A stretch of 64,000 nucleotides of DNA from Leptogorgia sarmentosa (lineage: Eukaryota). Location of the stretch: assembly GCA_964658305.1 (NCBI GenBank), contig OZ210885.1:22878001-22942000 (forward strand), read 5' to 3'. The notes under the pieces were generated by a model. It did no database searches, was not told the origin of the DNA, and saw nothing but the letters and a program-made list of their open reading frames with translations. Made by a program: the position numbers and the translations under genes. The first letter of the stretch is position 1, and each line of letters opens with the position of its first letter. Of this stretch, positions 25,265-38,388 are shown in pieces.

Positions 25265-27075
25265 CATGATTGTGTGCATACATTCTTAACTTTCGTGTTG
25301 AAAACCAAACTTCAAATAAGTTGTTGGAGATTTGCTTGGTGAATGTAGTTACTGGCGTAATCGCTAGCACTATATTTCGTTTTGTTTTTTACCCGCGTAG
25401 AGAGATTCCAGGGGGGGTTAACCCCCCCCAGTAAATCCGCCCTTGGCCCCAACGACAAAGCAATAGTTTTCTCTTGCAGGAAAAGTACCTCTGCTACTTT
25501 TGCATTTGCATGAGCTGCCAACTTCTTGTGGTTTTCCACAGCGCTGTGTTGTTTCTTCCAGTTGGAAAATCCGGCCAACGTGAAGGCGTTAATTTCCTTG
25601 ATTTGCCCGTGATAATGCATCTGTCAACAGGAGACAAGGTATACAAAACAGGCTATCCATGCTCATGGAGTAAGAAATCCATTTCCTTCTTGCATCATCA
25701 TCATGAAAGAATATTTGCTGTGAACAATATCTCGAATGTTCGCCAAACTGCTTCTTTCTTAGCTTCAACGTCGACTGACTTGGTTGGCAAGGATTCATTT
25801 TAATTAATTTTACTTTGTCTTCTGTGCTTAACTTGAAGGCAACAAGTGATGCAGGATCAAATGTTCCACTAACTTCATCAAAAACGATTTTTTGATTCAA
25901 CAGAAATTCTCTTGTACGCTTTTCCGAAGACTGGCTTGGTTCTTCCGCTTTCTTAACATTCTCTTGTTCTTGCAATGTCACCTGGGTCGTTTTTTCAACC
26001 TCATACAAATTCTCAACATCCTCACCCGAACAGAATTCGTGATGAACTTCCATTTTTGGACTGTCTTCGCCATTGTGTAGCTTCACTGCATCAAGATTGA
26101 CATCCAAAGCTTTTTCTGTGTGTGAAAAAAGAAATCTTTGTTCGTCTTGAAGCGTCGAGGTATCTAAGGTTACAGGCGTTTCACTTTCACAGCTTCCACT
26201 CACTTCTTCACCTGAACGTTGGACAGTTTCTGATTCAGGCTCTTCTATGGATATATCATGTGTCCTATCTTCGTGTTGGAGGAACTTTAGCATGAAAGAA
26301 CCCAGCTGGTTATTCTCTTGCTGCTTAGCTTTCTTTGCTTTTCTGTATTCAGCTCCGGACTTTTTTCTTTTGGATGGTCGGTTGTCGGACATGTCTACCG
26401 GCTATAGGCTATAGCAATGTAGCGTCAGGTGATCAGGTTAGAAATGCTCAAACTACTGTTAGGGCCAGTTTACTGTGTTTAGACGTCACTCTTATGTTGA
26501 ACTTTCGTCCATTATCTATTGTTTGGATTGCATTTGACACAACGAAAGTTTTACATGAGTACAATGTCTAAACCAGGGGAGTCCAGGCCTCAGTTTAGTC
26601 AGTTGTGTTTTTCTTATAAATTGTAAGTCTGCTAAGTCAGTAAGTCACTGTAAGCCTCTAACTCTAAGTAAGTTGGAAGATTTTACATTTGATTTTTTCG
26701 AATATAAACTTTCGACTAAACAAGTTAAAGAATTGCCGTATGATTTTCGCTTTAAACATTAAACAAAGTAACGCAAGTCTGAAACACATGCATAGAACTG
26801 CAACCGTATTGACATTGTCACTTGACATTTTGACATGGCGTCGTGTAGCACTCGCCGCTTGGCCCTCTCAGCAGTCGGCTGAAAATTCTATTTAAATTTC
26901 AATTCATTCAAGAATGTCAATTCAGACTACAGTTACTAAGCGCCACAGGCCTACATCGTTTCACAAGACTAAGGTTAATAGGTTATTATGACTTATGAGA
27001 TAAGCACTTACCAGTAATTGTAAGCCGAATTACTTTACATTTCACACAGACTGGACAGCAATACTTCTACGCCAG

Positions 27076-28460
27076 TGATGAAGAAAGACAAAAATGTTTG
27101 TATTTTACAACACGAAATCTGGACACATCGAGAGAGCGAATAGCACCCGCATGCGGCGGAAGTAAACAAACTAGTCATGTCCGTACTTAGTGTAAGTACA
27201 ATATAGATAATGAATATCAACGGTTAACAATTAATAATACACCAGGTATGGTGTGATATCTTCCTCCTCCTCGTGACATTGGAGAAACTGTTCTATGTTC
27301 ATCTGACTATTGTCTGGAAGCCTGTGACGACGTATGTTACCAGTTCTAGCCATAGTAGTTGGGTTGCTTATGCTGTCGTTGAGGGTGCTGGCTGGTGGGA
27401 CATACTTGTTCACTGGTGGGACTGGACAGTGACGCGGGTTGAGGACGATCGTTAGTTGAAGTGGTACCGACAGGGTGTGCAAACACGGGTGGGACGTGTG
27501 TGGTGTGTGCGAAATCTTCATATTCTTCGTCTGAGCTCCCGTGATACCGGGAGGAGTGAGGTTTGGACGTTGATTGGTCCGGGACGATGAAACATTCAGC
27601 GACTTTAACTTTGTAGAACTACGAGCGGAGTTGGTTTGCGGAGAACTTTTTTACATGACACCATGGATCTTCAACGGAAATGACCAAGTATCTGCTACGA
27701 GATTGGGTCTTGTCTTTATCAGTTGTCAAATAAACTAGGTCACCAACGTTGACGGTGGGAGGGGATATCCAGGCCCTGGTTCGGTTTTGGGACTTTTCGC
27801 TGTGTGGGTGGTTTCTCTCTCGTTGTAGGTGTTGCTTGACGATGACCTCGCGATCGGACACGGGTAGTTGAGCGTGCGTAAACTGGTCTCTGTGAGTCCA
27901 TAGTTCATGTGCTGATGGACCATCTCGGCGGAGCCGGGAATTAAGTCAGGACGTTGCAATGGCGAGGGTAAGAGATGATAAGGGGCCACCGTTCGGTTCT
28001 TGGCGGAGGATTTTGTCTTCAAGCTCGGCAATGGCTTTCTCAGCAACTGGGTTTTTGTTGACGTTTTTAATTTGTCCAATCTCTAAAGATATGCCGAGGC
28101 GTTTAAGTGTTGGATCGGCTTGTAAGGCAATAAACCCAGGTGCCGGGTCCACTCTGACGATGGCAGGGGGGCCTTCCACGGAGTGCAACTGGTTACATCA
28201 ACGACCAAGGACATCGCGAAGAGTGGTAGCTTTCTCGACCGGGATGAGGGACGTGGCGGTATACAAGGTTGTGGTGTCGCGAAGGACAATGATATTTTGT
28301 CTGCACTGTTTGAGTACATCGGCCGCGAATGAGACGCCAACGATCTTGGGGGGGTTCTTCGGTGGTATGTTGGACAGTTTGGGAAGGGAGCTTTTTCAAC
28401 GAGGCACACATGTGACATAAATCGGTTACGCGAGCAACAGATGCTTGCAGATCAAGGGCA
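27076..28460 (-). mobile_element. 3' remnant of a Gypsy-type LTR retrotransposon (degenerate integrase, PPT, probable 3' LTR 27076-27258)
   Basis: Integrase pieces FAADVL, VRVDPAPGF, KNVNKNPVAEKAIAELE, VGDLVY. PPT GAGGAGGAGGAAGA next to 27258. The LTR limits are inferred from a single copy. Confidence 0.7.
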
Positions 28461-29989
28461 TGTCTTTTTATATTGAAAATTTAAACAAATAGCGCTACTA
28501 GAAACTCAAAGTAGCATTAAAATGTGGTTTTGCGTCTCAATAGTCGTTTAAAAATTGAAACAATGAAAGGAACTGTATTCTCCGTACGTATAAGCGAAGA
28601 ATTTGTTTACGCCATCAATGATCGAAATCTTATGAACAAACACCAATCAATAGGTGGAAAAGCCTTTAAATGCAGTAATTAAGCAGTATTCTATTTATAT
28701 ATAACGACTATCAGGGACTAAATCCTTCCCTATGGCTATTTAGCCATACAACAAAATATGAATTACTACGACATTGTGATTGACTGACAAATGTCTTCAT
28801 TTGACCATAGTACACATTTCAAACTTGGTTTTCTGGTGTCATCATATCAGCTGGGTATTCCTCCGGCCCGGTGTATATTTTTGTTTTCATTTATCAACAT
28901 GCGATATAATAAACCAACAGCCTCGTACCCAGGCACTTCTTAGTCTTTTGTACCTGTTGTTCAGCCTTTGCATCCGTAACTTAAGATTTTCTCACGTTTC
29001 TGATAAAGAAAGAAAAATCCAAATATCTTAAAAGATATGTTAACAAAATCATTTGGAGGGGACATTTTTAAGATGTAATTACCTGTAATTGCTATACAAT
29101 TAATGAAGCCATCGTTTCAATCATCATTTCAATCATGCATGATTCATAATTCTTTTCGCATTTTACGCACAACACACACAACATACCTCTTTCACTAACG
29201 ACCATGCAACATCTTCTACCGGACACAGCACGATTGTATTGAAGTTGGGAGGTCAGTCTTAAACAGTTCAAGAAGAAAGTCAAGACGATTTCAACAGTTT
29301 GAGCCTTGATTATCCATTTAAATAGATTTGATTTTTTACATCGCAAACCTGAGACTCTTTCCTCCCGTAAACTGAATTCTCTTGTTCCGACAGGTATCTC
29401 CTGAAATTCAAATCATTAAAATCTGCGGAAAAATATCCATATGTTCGGTTTTCGGCCAGTCGACTACCGATTTCCACTATATATAATTTTGAGTATTCGA
29501 ATAAAATCAAGGCATTCAATGGTGTCTCTCGAGGACAGCAACTTATGATGCAGCAGTTGTTTGTCCTTGGTTTGCACTACGAAATGTTATTGCTATCTTG
29601 TTTAACTTAGCTAAAGGGTTTAATCTCCGCATTCGCAGATACGTGTGCGCTTTGCGAACCTATTTTAAGAAATTTGTTCATTTCGTCAAATAAAGTTTAC
29701 CTACCAGCACCAGTAAGCGCCCAGGCTACGACGTTTTCGAAACAATGTCCGCGAACAACAGCTTCACCTCTCGTGCATAGTGATTTCAGTTGTCTCATCT
29801 GAAAAGAAAAAAAAACAACTTTACAAGTCAACAACTGGTCTTGTAACGAAGCGTCACAATGTAGTTAAACATATGAAAAAGACTTACTTGTTCAAAAAAG
29901 TTGACGAGGGGAGTATGATCGTCGGAGTGTTGTGCGCATTTGATGGCAAAAATCTCAATTATCAGGAAAATATCGCATAAAATGAAAAA

Positions 29990-30314
29990 AAAATGATTTT
30001 GCAAAAATTGAAACGCATTCTCTATAATATGCAGCTTTCCTTGATGTTCGTGTTTTTTATTCAGTTATATGTTCAACCTTTCTGTAACTAGGTATCCTAG
30101 GGATCATTCACATTACTTGTCTAGCTAACTTTCTTATCCGTGAAAATAACTGCAAACAATGATGAACAAGTGTATAAAGTTACAATCAGATAATATTTTT
30201 AAACATTGCCAGGATATCAGGCAACTACTGAGTTTCCCACATCAGGACAATTTGGAACGTGCCCCCCCCCCCCACAGTGTTCACACTTGTGAATGTTCGC
30301 CACTCATCACAATA
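29990..30314 (-). repeat. Diverged relative of the HINE 5' region at 7380-7688
   Basis: On the minus strand TATTGTGATGAG(T/G)GGCGAA(C/A)ATTCAC..CCAAATT..CTGAT..GAAAC..GTAGTTG.CTGATATCC..AATGTTT..TTTGCAGTT..GAAAGTTAG.TAGA is shared over more than 200 bp. No subTIR found. Confidence 0.65.
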
Positions 30315-30935
30315 AAAAAATGATGTTAATTTGGGTTCTTTCGCCCCAACCACAACCCATGGCTTTAATGGCTACACGCTTTTTTCATTGCAAGAGATAC
30401 ACGCCAATTACTATAATTTTCTAATTGCAGTAATTCTCGGGACTTACAGTTTGTTCCTGAGTGTCTAAATTGGTGGAAAGATACTCTTGGACAACATCCT
30501 TTGCAATAGAAGACACTGCTATTATCATACCAGACATATGTTCCTGTTTAAGAAAGGTCCAAGCCAGCCACTGTTTAGCCACGCTGAAGGTAACACATAA
30601 CGCTAGTGCAGTGACATATGCATGTCGACGGGTTTCACTAGAACCACAATCGACATCACACATAGAACATCGAGTAAATCATCGCGGCAGTCTTGTATGT
30701 GAAATTCAAAAACTTCTGATATTGCACCTTCTATCTTAACCCTTTGTCTACCAACGGGACTTAAAAGTCCCTTAGTCGAACATGTGGTTGTTTTACCTAA
30801 AGGTATATGTTAGGATATATATTGATCATCCAGGATATTGTGGGTAATAGTAGGGTAATTATGTGATGCTGAACACAACAATTTGTGGGCTCATTTTCTA
30901 CATGATCAAATTCTAATATGGCGGCCATGCCTGGT

Positions 30936-33900
30936 TGTGGTATTATTGCTATTATACATTAAGTTACATAAAGTATGTTACTTATATAATATATTAGGAA
31001 CATTGTAAATAGTTAGATATAAATTATAATAAATTACTCTAAAACACAACATGGCGTAGTCGGCAGCTCTTTCGAAGATATCTTGATCAATCGTGATCAA
31101 TCCTGCTTTCCTAGTGAAAGTTAAAGGTTCCTTCTGTTTTCTACGGATTAAAAGAAGCAGAGAAATTCGACTATTCGGGTTTCTCGGCCGTAATTTTATC
31201 CAAATGCCACCGAAAAAGTCCTCTCAACCATCAGGCGAGAAGCTCGAATAGTCGAATTTCCCTGCGTGTAAGAACCGAATTCTCTTGGCACGTTTCGTGG
31301 CCGGGATTAAAGTCTCATGATATAAGAAAGGGACTTCTCTGTATTCAAGACCTTACTCTTGACAAAGCTGTACAGTATATCCAAGTAGATGAAGCTACCT
31401 CATCCCAAGCTGATAAGTTTTTACCCAAAGTTAACAAGACTGGAGCCTCTACCTATAGACAAAAGAAATTTCCCTATAACGCTGGGAAAGGAGGCCCGTC
31501 CCCACCCACAAGGGATGACAATTTGTGAAAATGCAAATTTTGCATGAAGTATCATGTTTTCAAGAAGGAATTTTGCCCTGCTAAGGACTCTGTTTGTAAG
31601 GATTGTCAAAACAAAGGTCACTGGGCTAAATCTGTCATGTGCCCCAAGTCCTCCAAACCAGAAGGTGACTGTGTTAATCCCGACAAGAAAGTCACTGACG
31701 AATCGTCTAAGCTTTGGTCCGCCACTAAACTACTCTTAAAGTCATTTCAGCTGATCAAGGACTAACCTTTACCCCTGATGTCTCTGTCAAAGCCATCACC
31801 ATTCCTAGTGTTGGCAAGCACCACTACACTGATTTTATCCTTGGTAACCACAACTGGAAGCAAAAATGCATGATTGATCCTGGCTCCAACATTAATTGTG
31901 TTGGTTATGATTGGATCACCCGGTTTGACACCCCTGAGTGGTCATACAATCTTGAATGTGGTTCCATCAAGACCGCTGGAGGTCATAACCTGGATGTCGA
32001 AGCTCGAGTTCTCCTAAAGATTTCGTGGCCTCCAGAAAATCCCACCACTTCTGTTGATCAGTGGTTCTACATTGCTCATGGTGAAGATGGTATTCTCCTT
32101 GGTACTCCGGCATGTCAGGCACTTGGTGTGATTGACAATGACTGGCCTACTTCTATCCTACGTCAGAAACTTCACCATACCTCGTCAGTGAATACCCTTG
32201 ACGCGTCAGAAAACAACCCTCAGATATGTGACGACAAACCGACCAAAGTCGACCATCTGGGTCCAAACCCTCCCGCATCTGATGACGACCTTTTGTCAGC
32301 TTTGAATTGGCAACCTACCTCCTGTCATTCAAAGTCACATCTGTTATCGCAAATGGACAGAACATTAACTACTCTGAGGACACAAATTTCACTTCTCTTC
32401 TGCAATCTTATAATGAGATTTTCGATGACACAACTCTCCCAGAGATGAAAGGTGATGCCTTCAAGATTACTCTTAAACCTGATGTTCAACCCTATGCCCA
32501 AGCGAAAGCCAGGAAAATGCAGATTCCCTACATGGATCAACTTAAGAAGCAACTTGATGAAATGGAACGTCTTGGTGTTATCTCAGTCCATGAAGAACCA
32601 AGCACTTGGTGTCATCCAATCGTTATTGCACCTAAGAAAGATAGTGACGAACTGAGAATCTGCATTGACTTCACCCACCTCAATAAGTTTATCCAGCGTG
32701 AATTCCATCCTAGTAATTCACCCTTTGAAGCTGTAACAAGCATTCCTGCTGAAGAGCTCAAATATTTCTGCAAATTTGATGCTCGTCATGGCTACTGGCA
32801 AATTCCACTACACCCTGAGTCTCGTCCCTTGACCTGTTTCATCACACCCTTTGGTCGATATGTGTGTAATCGGGCCGCATTCGGAATCAGCAGCATCAGT
32901 GAGTGGTATAACCGTCGCATGGACAAAGTTGTCAATGGCTTGCACGGTATCCGTAAGATCGTAGATGATGTCCTTATCTATGCACCAACCCTCTCTTCTT
33001 TGAAGAAACATGTTCACGCCTTCCTCGACCGATGCTCCACGCATGGGGTCACACTGAAGCGTTCAAAGTCCCAGATAGCTGTCACTGACGCTGATTTTGG
33101 CGGATTCCACCTATCGGAAATGGGCATCCAATGCAGTTCAGATCTCCTCAAATCCATCCGCGATTTTCCTTGGCCGAAGAATCTTACTGATCTACGCTCC
33201 TGGTTTGGTCTGGTGAATCAACTTGGCAATTTTTCCCAGGAGATAACCCAAATCATGGAACCTTTTCGCCCCCTACTTCAGAAGAACTCATATTACCTCT
33301 GGTTGCCGGAACATGAGAAAGCATTCAACGAAGCTAAACGTTGCCTTAGTTCGCCACCTGTTCTAACCTACTTTGCTGTCAACCGTCCAACTTTGCTCGC
33401 CACTGATGCATCTCGTCTGCACAGCCTTGGTTTTGTCCTTCTACAAATGGTTGACAGCGTATGGAAGCCGGTTCAAGCGGGTTCCAGATTCTTGACCCCC
33501 ACCGAAAGCCGCTATGCTATGATAGAGCTGGAAGCTCTTGGTGCTTGCTGGGCCATGAAGAAATGTGACATGTTCCTTCGGGGTCTACCTCACTTCAAAC
33601 TCGTCACCGATCACCAACCCCTTATTCCCATCCTGAATTCGAAAGGGATTGCTGATGTCGAGAATCCTCGCTTGCAACGCCTCATGATGAAAATGCTGCC
33701 CTATACGTTTACTGCAGAATGGATTAAAGGCAAAGATCACCTTGCTGCAGACGCACTCTCCCGTTTTCCCGTTGATGAACCTTGTCTTGAAGATGAACTA
33801 TGCGAGTTGCATGCTGAAGCTGCTGTGAATGTTCACTTTGTTGACAAGTCAACTACTACCAGTCAGCTTCAAGAACTTTTCCACCATCAACAAGCGGATG

Positions 33901-35334
33901 ATACACTCTTGAAAGTCATCCATTACGTACAAATTGGGTGGCCTGACATGCGAAATGAGGTAGATGAAGAAGCACGCCCCTTTTGGCCCATTCGTCATAA
34001 CCTCTACATGGCGTCTGTTGGAGAGAACTCTATCTTACTTATGAATGGCTGAACTGTCATCCCCAACTAACAACAAAAGAAAACATTAAATAACCTTCAC
34101 GAAGGACACCAAGGGATTGAAAAAACTCGCCGCCGTGCTTGTGACTCCGTCTATTGGCCTGGGATGAACCACGACATTGAAGAATTGGTAAAACGCTGCT
34201 CTGAATGTCGAACGCTTCTTCCTGTCAATTCCAAAGAACCTCTGCAGCAACCACCTCTACCCACACGACCTTGGGACAAACTAGGCGTTGACCTTTATAG
34301 TCCTAATGACCGGGAATACCTTATTGTCACAGACTACTTCTCCTCTTTTACTGAAGCTTATGCTCTTGGTAAAGACGCAACAGCACCAGCGGTGATCAAA
34401 GAACTCACACAATTGTTTTCTCGATTTGGTCAACCTGTTGAAGTCGTATCAGACGGTGGTTCACAGTTTACTTGCAAAGCCTTTGCAACGTTTGTTGAAA
34501 GTTGGAATTTTATACACACTGTATCTTCCCCTACTCACGCTCAGTCCAATGGCAAAGCCGAAGCCGTGGTAAAGAATGTCAAGAAGCTTCTTAAAAAGTG
34601 TGGCTCTATGAATGACCAATTTTGGAAAGGTCTGCTGGCAATTTGGAATACACCTCTCTTGTGTGGTAAGAGTCCTGCAGAATTGCTGCTTGGCAGAACA
34701 CTCCACGATTCTCTCCCTCATTACCCCGGTCCAACTACGTTTGATAATGAGACAAAAGCGAAAATCCTTGATCTCAAGAAGAAAGAGAAAGATACCTACG
34801 ATCAACATACTTCCCCACTATCTCCTCTCCAGACTGGTACCCGTGTCGCTATTCGTTCCCGCGTTGATTCCAATTGGTCACTACTTGGAACAATTACTGA
34901 AATAAAACCGAATCGCACCTACCTCGTGTTAACCGATCAGGGATCCACCCTCACCCGTAATCGACGATATCTACGACCTGCACCTCACCCGGCTGGTAGC
35001 AATACAACTCAACCTAATGACGCACGGAACCCATTGGGAGGAAGGCATGCGGGACTACGCGAGCCATATATGTTAAGAAAGAGATGTCCTAAAAACTAAA
35101 CTTACTTATTGTTACTTAAATATTACTTATTGTTGACGTTGTGTTCTGACTATTAACTAACTGATTGATATAGTGAACAATATTAACTTTTGATATTTTA
35201 TATATGAAAGAAAGGAGATGTGGTATTATTGCTATTATACATTAAGTTACATAAAGTATGTTACTTATATAATATATTAGGAACATTGTATATAGTTAGA
35301 TATAAATTATAATAAATTACTCTAAAACACAACA
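30936..35334 (+). mobile_element. Ty3/Gypsy LTR retrotransposon nested in the piggyBac 5' region
   Basis: 116-bp TG..CA LTRs at 30936-31051 and 35219-35334 (1 mismatch). TSD CTGGT. PBS TGGCGTAGTCGGCAG (tRNA-Ser). PPT GAAAGAAAGGAGA. Confidence 0.95.
31204..35099 (+). pseudogene. pol: gag (largely deleted) and pol (protease, RT, RNase H, integrase) with stops and frameshifts
   Basis: CxxCxxxGHW knuckle; IDPGS; FDARHGYWQI and IVDDVL; TDAS; VSDGGSQF and SNGKAE. In-frame stops at ~34050 and ~34068. Confidence 0.9.
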
Positions 35335-35594
35335 CTGGTGAACGTGAAATTTAAGGTGAGATTTCATTTGCTTTTATTGTCTTTCCACCTTTTCTGTAGT
35401 AGTTGGGAATTTTTGGTTGTGTTCAAATGATAGGAAAGAAGATTTGTATTCATTTTTTTCTTCAAAATCATGTAAATGAATGCAAAAATTTGTAATTTTC
35501 CATGTGGGACTTTGTTGTCCCGACAGTCATTTTAGTGCCTCTTTGGGAAGTTTATAATGAATTCAGTCACTTTTATTGCCGGTAGTTTCTCAGT

Positions 35595-37670
35595 ATGAAC
35601 AGAGGCCTTGCAAAAAGATATAATACCTGTGAGGTACTAAACATATTAGAGGATATTCCAAGTGATTATGATAATACAAGTGAAGAGTCTTCTGAGCCTG
35701 ATAATGATGATGATGACGAGTATGTGCCACCTGAAGTTGGCGCTGATGAAGAGTTGGAAGAGAGAAATAATGTGGAATTCATGTAACCAGCTGCACCTAT
35801 AGAGTCGATTAGCATCCAGGCTAAAACCACAGAAGTCAGTGCCAGTAATCTGAATCCTAAGCAGAAATTGAGCTCGCCTGATGCCAAAGATCCAAAAAAA
35901 GAATCTGCAATTGCACAAGTTGAATATTTAGAAGTATATTGCTGAGATTGACTCATCCCAGCTTTCACCGCAGCAGATCAAACATCTTCAAACTACACTA
36001 CCACAACTTCCTGCCTGTAAAAGTAAAGAGAAACTATCGGCGCAACAAATCAAGTCGTTGATTGAGATTGCAGTCCGTGGCTGGAAAAAGATGGAACAAC
36101 CAACACAAATTCACAATTTTGATCTACCTCAAGGTTAGAAATGTTTCCCTGACACAGCCTGGACTAGTACTATATATTATTCAGATACAAATATCATAAT
36201 TTGTATTTTTTATATTTTAGGTCCAAAAGTTGTCCACTTCGATAAGATCACTCCATTAGATGTTTTCTTGAAGTACATGGATACAGATGTGGTTGACGAT
36301 ATCCTATTTCAAACAAACCTTTATGCTAATCAGAGGGAAAGAAATTTTCCTCCCCTGAGTCGTGAAGATTTTCATGGTTTTGTTGGGATCAACCTCATCA
36401 TGGGATATCATGAACTGCCATCACTTTCAGACTATTGGAAAGCTGATCAAGACTTAGCCGTACCCATAGTTTCATCAACATTGCCAAGAAACAGGTTTGC
36501 CCAAATACTTAGCAATTTACATTTGGCTGACAACCAAGCTATTCCTGACAACAACAGTGAGAAACTTTATAAAGTAAGATCCTTTATTTCAGCAATCAAT
36601 ACTAATTATGTCAAACTATATAATGTGTCACAAAAACTTACCATAGATGAAAGTATGATACGTTTTAAGACACTCAATTAAACTGTACTGCCCAAAGAAG
36701 CCCATAAAACGTGGGTATAAACTTTGGATGCGGGCTGATATGGATGGGTACATAACTAAGTTCGATGTTTATCAAGGAAAAAACACTGAGGTGGAGCATG
36801 AAGAAAACACTGAAGGATTTGGGTTGGGCGAGAGAGTGATAAGCACCATGGTTGATGATCTTCATGATAAATATCACCAGGTGTATTTTGATAATTATTT
36901 CACCTCCATCCCACTTCTGGAATACCTCAAAACAAAGGGTGTTGGTGCTTGTGGCACCATTAGGTCCAACAGAAAAGCCCTGCCTGTGGGAACAAAGAAT
37001 GACAAAGCTTTAGAAAGGGGTGAATTTGATTACAGGGTGTCTACCAAAGGCATTTTATATGTAAAGTGGAATGACAACAGGGCAGTACAAGTTGTCTCCA
37101 ACTTTCATGGTTCAGATCCTTCTTCCATTCTTAGGACTCAAAAAGATGGGTCAAAAAAGCAGTACAATTGTCCACTAGCCATCAAGGACTATAACACCTT
37201 TATGGGGGGTGTGGACAAAGCTGACATGCTTTGTAGTATATATGGCATCAATAGAAAAGCCAAGAAATGGTGGCATAGGTTATTCTTTGGCATTCTTGAT
37301 CGTACTCTGGTAAATGCAATGATTGCATATAATAAGCTTGAGAATGCAAAAGTAGCAACACTTCTTTTCCGAAGGTATGTTGCCCAAAGTCTCATAACAC
37401 TTTCTCGTAAGCCAAGAATTGGCCGGCCATTGCGATCACCACCTTTGCTTGTAAAAAAACGTAGGAAAACTAACTATTCTGTGTCAAGGGCAATGAGATT
37501 AGAAAACCGAGGAGCACACTGGGTAGTGTATGGGGGGAAAAAGGGCTCGTTGTGAGGTTTGTTCACAGAATAATGTTGAATCCTGTCCGTATAGTTGGTG
37601 TTCCATGTGCAAGGTATGTCTGTGCAGCAATAAAAGAAAAATTGCTTCAATGAATTTCACGAGTTTGAAC
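35595..37670 (+). pseudogene. piggyBac transposase (PGBD4-like), frameshifted
   Basis: Acidic N-terminus, TIDESMIRF, PKKPIKRGYKLW, YFDNYFTS, DYNTFMGGVDKAD, C-terminal Cys-rich domain (CEVC..CSMCKVCLC). Frameshifts near 36670 and 37540. Confidence 0.9.
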
Positions 37671-38219
37671 AGTGAACGGTTTTACATGTTATGGTTGTAT
37701 ATTTATTATTATAAAAAAACATGTTATTGTTTGGAAATACGATATTTATATCTGTAATTATATTATAATTAAAAGATATTATATATTATGTATTTATATA
37801 TATATTTTTATTAGGTTTTTACACATACTGTTATAAAAATAAACCCTTTTTTAAAATCCATGTTATTTTGTGTTGATGTCTCAAAATGCACAGCGGGACT
37901 TAGGAGTCCCACCTGCCAAATTTCTCAGAATTTTAAATTTTTTTAGAATTCTGCACAAATATTTAATTATCACCCTATTTGTCTTTTTAATGCGAAAGAT
38001 GATGTTTGAACTGCATTGGGTTCTTATGGTGGTAGGCAAAGGGTTAAGTCCCAGTATAGTATGAATATTTTTAGTACGCTATATCTTGTAAAATTCCAGG
38101 GAAACCTTTTGAAATTGTGTAAAGAAGCGCAGCGGAGTAATAAACAGATCTCGAGACGGAATTATTAGACGTACCTCGTTTGCAGCAAAGAATTCCAAAT
38201 TGGCCTAAAAAAAGTAGGT

Positions 38220-38289
38220 AGGGGACGAAACCGTTACGGGACGAAACGGTAGGGGACGAAACGGTTACGGGACGAAACGACCAGATACC
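38220..38289 (-). repeat. 15-16-bp tandem GGGACGAAAC(G/C)GT repeats ending in ACCAGATACC; probable orphan DNA-transposon terminus
   Basis: Four copies of GGGACGAAAC; no partner terminus or TSD found. Confidence 0.5.
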
Positions 38290-38388
38290 ATTGTCTGCTG
38301 GTATGAAGTATGATAATTGTATAGGGATTAATGCCTTTAGGGCATTCTCATTGTCAAGGTCAGTATAAAGCAAAAAAAAAAGCTAAGC

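Larger units (their letters stand above)
10394..25445 (-). mobile_element. hAT DNA transposon A, swollen to 15 kb by nested insertions
   Basis: TIRs CAAGGGCGAATTT (10394) and AAATCCGCCCTTG (ends 25445). 8-bp TSD GCCCCAAC at 10386-10393 and 25446-25453. Confidence 0.9.
9359..26392 (-). pseudogene. hAT transposase B (ZMYM1/DUF4371-like), split into 26392-25446 and 10393-9359
   Basis: N-terminal part has a TTF-type finger (FCIPC, GFSNWK). The rest has LALRGHRE, GNFLELL, ADTTPDVSHHEQL, YDGASNMSG and HCYAHTLNLVL. Joining across TSD GCCCCAAC reads IALSLGLQKQEEAARR in frame. The C-terminus is cut off at 9358. Confidence 0.88.
30740..38043 (+). mobile_element. piggyBac DNA transposon
   Basis: TTAA at 30736-30739 and 38044-38047; TIR CCCTTTG(T/C)CTACCA. 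Confidence 0.93.

Noticed and set aside
9343..28933. CAACCTCGTACCCAGG-type motifs at 9343-9358 and 28918-28933 as the TIR pair of one element
   Set aside because: They face away from each other and do not enclose the interval; no TSD.
30325..38289. GGTTCTTTCGCCCC (~30334) pairing with the terminus at 38289 to form an element around the piggyBac
   Set aside because: Only a partial match and no TSD.
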